In this document: one piece after another, positions 58,715-64,000 of the stretch
Layout of the letters: each line of letters opens with the position of its first letter
How positions within the stretch are numbered: the stretch's first letter is position 1
Source of the DNA: Eledone cirrhosa
Taxonomy: Eukaryota
Assembly: GCA_964016885.1 (NCBI GenBank)
Contig: OZ024744.1
Location: 114,762,001-114,826,000, forward strand
Direction of reading: 5' to 3'
Length of the DNA stretch: 64,000 nucleotides
Translations under genes and position numbers: made by a program
The notes under the pieces: model-generated
What the model was told of the DNA's origin: nothing
Database searches by the model: none
The model's input: the letters and a program-made list of their open reading frames with translations, nothing else

Positions 58715-61700
58715 TGAAACTCCAAATGAAAATAATGAGATCGTAAATGATAAAGAAATGAATGAGAATGAACTTGCCAACTTGAAGGATGAAATTATGA
58801 TCGAATGGATGAAAATGAAAGAATCTGACATGGGGCAACGAGACACCCTCCCTAAGATCCAGAACTTCAAACAGAACCAAAAGATAATACACATGACTAA
58901 CATAATTCTCAAAAACATTATCATCACAAACAAACTAAGCATTACTGATTTAAATCATCTCTATTATGCATCGGCTAAAGTCACCACTCACTTATGTGGA
59001 GTGAAGATGAAAAAACAAAGGAATTCCCACAAGAAATCTACTTGGCAAGAGAACATCAATCGCCAAATAAACCTTCTCCGACCTGACATAGAAATGTTAA
59101 CAAACTATAAAGTAGGTGAACATGTTAAACAAACTAAACTTAGAAAATTGAAAAAGAAGTACACTATAAAATCAACATGTGACATAGACATGCTGATAGA
59201 AATAATCAAGCAAAAAGTGTCGGCCAAAGCTGCTCGTATAAGGCGCTTTGAAAAACGATCTAGATTCTATAAGGACAATAATATGTTCAAAAACAACCAA
59301 AGAAACTTCTACAGAAAAATTGGTAAGTCAACAATAACTGCTAAATCAATACCACCCAAGGAGGAAGTGCAAGAATTCTGGGAAAAGATCTGGGCCGAAG
59401 AAAAAGTTCATAACATACATGCCCCATGGATAGACAGACAAATGAAAGATACAGCTCACCTTGAGGAACAAACATGGGAAAATATAACAGTTGAACAGTT
59501 GCGCTTGGCTCTAAGAAAAACCAGCAAATGGAAATCCCCAGGAAAAGACAAAATACAAAACTTTTGGATAAATGCCTTCACAGAGTCTCATGAGCTGTTA
59601 GCCCAACTTTACAATGAAATAGTTAAGGAGCCAGAAAAGATACCATCATGGCTAGTTAACGGCATTATATTCCTGCTTCCGAAGAATGATGAGACAAACA
59701 ATCCCAAAAATTACAGACCGATAACTTGCTTGACCACAATGTATAAAATTTTAACATCAGTCCTAACTGAATACACATATGACCACCTGATAACAAATGA
59801 CCTATTTCCCATTGAGCAGAAAGGGTGTAAACGAGGCTCATATGGCTGTAAGGATCAGCTTCTGGTTAACAAAATGATACTGGAAGATTGTCATAATAGA
59901 CACAAAAATCTATCGATTGCTTGGATAGATTATAAAAAAGCATTCGATAGTTTGCCACACAGTTGGATTGAAAAATGTTTAGAGATTTTCAAAATATCCC
60001 CCGTTGTCAGGAGGTTTTTGTCATTCAGTATGAAGACATGGAAAACGACACTCCTTTTGAATAGTGAAACAAAATCACTGGAAGCTGGAGAAGTTAATAT
60101 TAATTGTGGAATTTTTCAGGGTGACTCTTTATCACCGCTTTTATTCTGCATCGCACTTATACCATTAAGTAAAATGCTCAATGAAACAAAACATGGATAT
60201 AAAGTCTATGACAAAACCATTAATCACCTGTTCTACATGGATGACCTGAAACTATTTGCAAAAAATGATGAACAATTGCAAGGGCTATTATCCACTGTGG
60301 AGCAGTTCAGTGATGACATTAAAATGGAGTTTGGACTAGATAAAAGCAACTTTCACCAGAGGAAAGCTGTGAAGAGTTCAGACATTAATCTTGATCGGGG
60401 GAACGTGATAAGAGAACTTGGTCAAGAAAAAACTTACAAATATCTAGGTGTTTGTGAAGGAGACGGAATCAAGCACTCGACAATGCGGGAAAGGATAAGG
60501 AAGGAATGTTACCGCAGAATAAGAGCAATCTTAAGAACGGAATTGAATGCAAGGAATAGGATCGATGCCATAAACACGCTTGCCATACCAGTAGTAACCT
60601 ACAGTTACAATGTCATCAACTGGTCAAGCACAGAGATCCGTAGGCTCGATACAAAAATTCGAAAATTCTTAACCATGCACAGAATGCATCACCCTAAGGC
60701 AGATATAGATAGAATATATCTCCCTAAGAAAGAAGGAGGACGTGGGTTAATCCAGTTAGACATTGCGTTGAAAACTGCAACAATTGGATTATCTACATAT
60801 CTAAGGGAATCACATGATTGGATGATCAAACTAGTTTTGAAACACGAAAGCATCAAAAGATCATATTCCATTACAAAAGATGCACAAAGATACAGTAATG
60901 GACTACAAATTTCAGAAGTCCCATTTACTGCTGAAATGGAAAACACAGAAAAAGCAAAGCAGGTAAAAGTAACTGCAAAGAAAGAACTGCTACAGAAACT
61001 GGCTAAGAAATGGCAAGAAAAGCCTCTGTATGGAAAATACCCAGAGCGAGCTAACAATCCTGATGTTGACAAAACTTTAACCCATCAGTGGTTGGCATCC
61101 TCTGGACTGAAATCGGAGACTGAAGGACTGATTATATCAGCACAAGATCAGTGTCTACCAACAAAAAATTACCAAGCCAACATAATAAAAAAATGGATGC
61201 AGCCCATTATGCCGTGTATGCAAAAAACAACCAGAGACCATTGACCATATAATTTCAATGTGCAGTCCTATAGCTCCAACCGAATACCTAAACAGGCATG
61301 ACAGAGCTGCACAATACATACATTGGATAATGTGTAAGCATTTTGACCTGCCCTATCAAAAGAATTGGTGGGAGCATCAACCACCTCCCATACTTGAAAA
61401 AGATCACATCTCAATCTTGTGGAACTTTAGCATCCAAACAGACCGAAAAATAGATGCAAATAGACCTGATATAATATTGAAGGACTTTAAAAAGAGGGTA
61501 TGCCTGCTAATTGATATGTCTGTTCCAATAGACAAGAATGTATCTATAAAAACATTTGAAAAATTGAGCAAGTATAAGGACCTGGAGATAGAAATTGGAA
61601 AAATGTGGAAATTGAGAACTAAAACAATACCAGTGGTTGTAGGCGCTCTGGGAATGATACCTAAGGGCTCTAATGATTACATATCACAAATCCCAGGAAA

Positions 61701-61943
61701 CCCGCGTATAGGAGAAATACAAAAGATAGTACTAATGGGAACTGCCCATATACTAAGGAAGATTCTGTCAATATAAGTACATCACAAGTCTAAACACTAA
61801 AGATGCATGTGTGAGTATGTATGTTCTTCCTTGAACATGGCGGACCTTGTTGTTTCTTGAGGTCACTGGTTGTAACTTGGTGATAACTCGTATAAACATA
61901 AAGCAAGATAAATGCAACTGTAATAATAATAATAATAATAATA
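58715..61943 (+). mobile_element. R4/Dong-like RLE LINE, 5'-truncated: RT, CCHC and restriction-like endonuclease; frameshift near 61190
   Basis: WKSPGKD, YRPITCL, IDYKKAFDS, GIFQGDSLSPLLF, YMDD, GGRGL, RHD, RPD...D.S.P...KY. Confidence 0.92.
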
Positions 61944-61944
61944 C

Positions 61945-62366
61945 AATATGTTCCACAAGAGGAGTGATGTCGATAGACTCTACTTAAGGAGATCTGAAGG
62001 CGGAAGAGGTCTTATCAGCATGGAGGACTGTGTTCAGATGGAGAAAAACAACCTACACAAATACGTGACTGATAGTAAGGAGCCAATGCTCAGAACTGTA
62101 CTGAAGGAGGGGACAATAGGCCAGAGGATGTCCAAGGAGGAAATAACATCAAGGAGAAAGAGCAGCCTTCAGGAAAAATCCCTTCATAGTACCTTCTTTG
62201 AGAAAACTGAATTTAGAGATCCACAGACATGGAACTGGTTGAAAAGAGGAGACCTTAAAAAGGCTACAGAAGGAATGTTAATGGCTGCGCAGGAGCAGGC
62301 CCTCAAAACGAAGTGGTTGAAACACCACATTTACAAGGAGGAGGCTAGCCCACTGTGCAGGATCTG

Positions 62367-62444
<78 letters not shown>

Positions 62445-63088
62445 GAGAGAGAGAGAGGAGACTGTGGCTCACATTGTATCCGAGTGTAAACACCTAGCCC
62501 AGACTCACTATAAGGGCTGGAGACATGATGTGATGGGCAGGGTGACCCACTGGCACCTATGCAAAGTAAACAATTTACCACATTCTGAGAAGTGGTATGA
62601 GCATAAGCCAGAGTCGGTGATAGAAAACGATCAGGTGAAGGTGCTGTGGGATTTTAGGATACAGACGGACAAGAAACAGGAACACAATAGACCTGACCTC
62701 GTGGTTTTGGACAAAGAAAAAAGATCGTGCCTGATTGTGGATGTGGCCTGCCCATTTGACACGAGAGTGCAAGAGAAGGAGAGGGAGAAAATTAACCGAT
62801 ACCAGGACTTAAAGTGGGAGGTAAAAAGGATTTGGAACTGCCATGAAGTCAAAGTGGTCCCGATTGTCATAGGCGCACTAGGTACTATCTCAAAAAGTTT
62901 CCAGGGATGGTTAAAGAAAATTGGCCCCTTCACGCTTTTTGGAACGCTTCAAAAGCATGCTTGCTGGGAACAGCAAGAACCCTCCGATACGTCCTGAATA
63001 TCTGAGGCTGCAGGTAGTGGCTTGATATTCATTTCAACAAACTATCCAGTTAACTAACATCAATGACTGAGACTCAAAGAGTAATAAC

Positions 63089-63153
<65 letters not shown>
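61945..63153 (+). mobile_element. Second R4/Dong-like family, 3' fragment with (GA)n in the Zn finger and long (TAA)n tail
   Basis: RLYLRRSEGGRGL, AAQEQAL, CRICG...ETVAHIVSEC, RHD, NRPDLVV...DVACP...RYQDL. Confidence 0.9.
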
Positions 63154-63155
<2 letters not shown>

Positions 63156-63314
63156 GACCAAACGCACGTGGTAAGCAAATGCACCCCCCCCCCTAAATAT
63201 ATATACAGATAAATCTACCACTCAATGGTAGGGTCTAAACCGTATAAAGAACTCAATGTAATCCGTATGTAGATGTCGTGAAGCAAAGTTTAAAATACAA
63301 ACATTTTATCAACG

Positions 63315-64000
63315 ACTAGCAGAGGTACCCGGCGTTTCTCGGGTATTAAATAGCAGTTATGTATACCATTTATGTCTATATTTCAGTGCTGCTTCGAAAA
63401 CTATACTTTTACAAAATCATCGGCTTTTTCTAAAAGGGGGTTCCTGCCCCCCAGGAGTCCCCTACTCAATAAGTGCCAATTCTCAGAGTTCACATTCATC
63501 TGTAGAACAAACGTAGCCCCTGTGTCAAGTTTTGTGAAAATCGGTTGCGAACTCCAGAAGTGATGACGTTTTGTTGCATTGCACTGCAGTGCTTCAGTCG
63601 ACTCCAAGGAAGTGGTTAAAGGGGTTATCTGCCGGGAGGCCCTATAATCAATATCTGGAAAAATGAAAGTGCCCATGACCATCCAGAATACATAAATAAC
63701 CTATGTCTTAAGTTTGGTGAAAATACTGTAGAAATGCATAATGTTTACACACACACACGTGTGTGTTTGTGTGTGCGTATGTATATGTATGTGTATGACC
63801 GTCGGGGCATACATATGTACTGATCTAAACCTTCACTATTTGCTTTTACTATTTTAAGGCAAAGTTAAAATCCCGCCGAGATTAACTTTGCCTTTCATCC
63901 TTACGGGGTCGATAAAATAAAGTACCAGTAATGTACTGGTTAATTGCTGGCCTTGTGCCAAAAGTAGAAACAACTATTTTAATAACCTCTGTTATTTTCG
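63315..64000 (+). mobile_element. Helentron/HINE-like element interrupted by a truncated second-family SINE (about 63858-63973)
   Basis: Starts actagcagaggtacccggcgtttctcgggta (hairpin); comparison with the 18071-18648 copy shows a SINE inserted with a duplicated ctatttt(t)aa. Confidence 0.62.

Overview
Repeat-saturated, very AT-rich animal genomic DNA. The SINE types, (TA/CA)n density and TTAGGG units suggest a coleoid cephalopod such as Octopus, but that is inference. No confident host protein-coding gene is present, and the many Y/I/H/M/C ORFs are microsatellite translations. Retroelements: one intact full-length L1/Tx1-clade LINE (about 52230-58053, minus strand), a tandem stack of three R4/Dong-like RLE LINEs separated by (TAA)n, decayed CR1 and RTE LINEs (one with a PHD finger inside the RT region), a Penelope-like RT fragment, a Gypsy integrase remnant and two tRNA-derived SINE families. 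There are also Helentron-like elements and two 40-bp satellites. The main unexplained structure is a set of at least five unrelated non-coding elements, embedded in (TA)n, that form long fold-back palindromes and carry minimal type I hammerhead ribozyme motifs (CUGANGA, stem II, GAAA, often palindromic helix III loop, UH). One family is a tandem plus inverted array of 450-530 nt monomers with one hammerhead each, a retrozyme-like layout that predicts a 449-nt self-cleaved and possibly circular RNA. All ribozyme calls come from base pairing read by eye; none has been tested.
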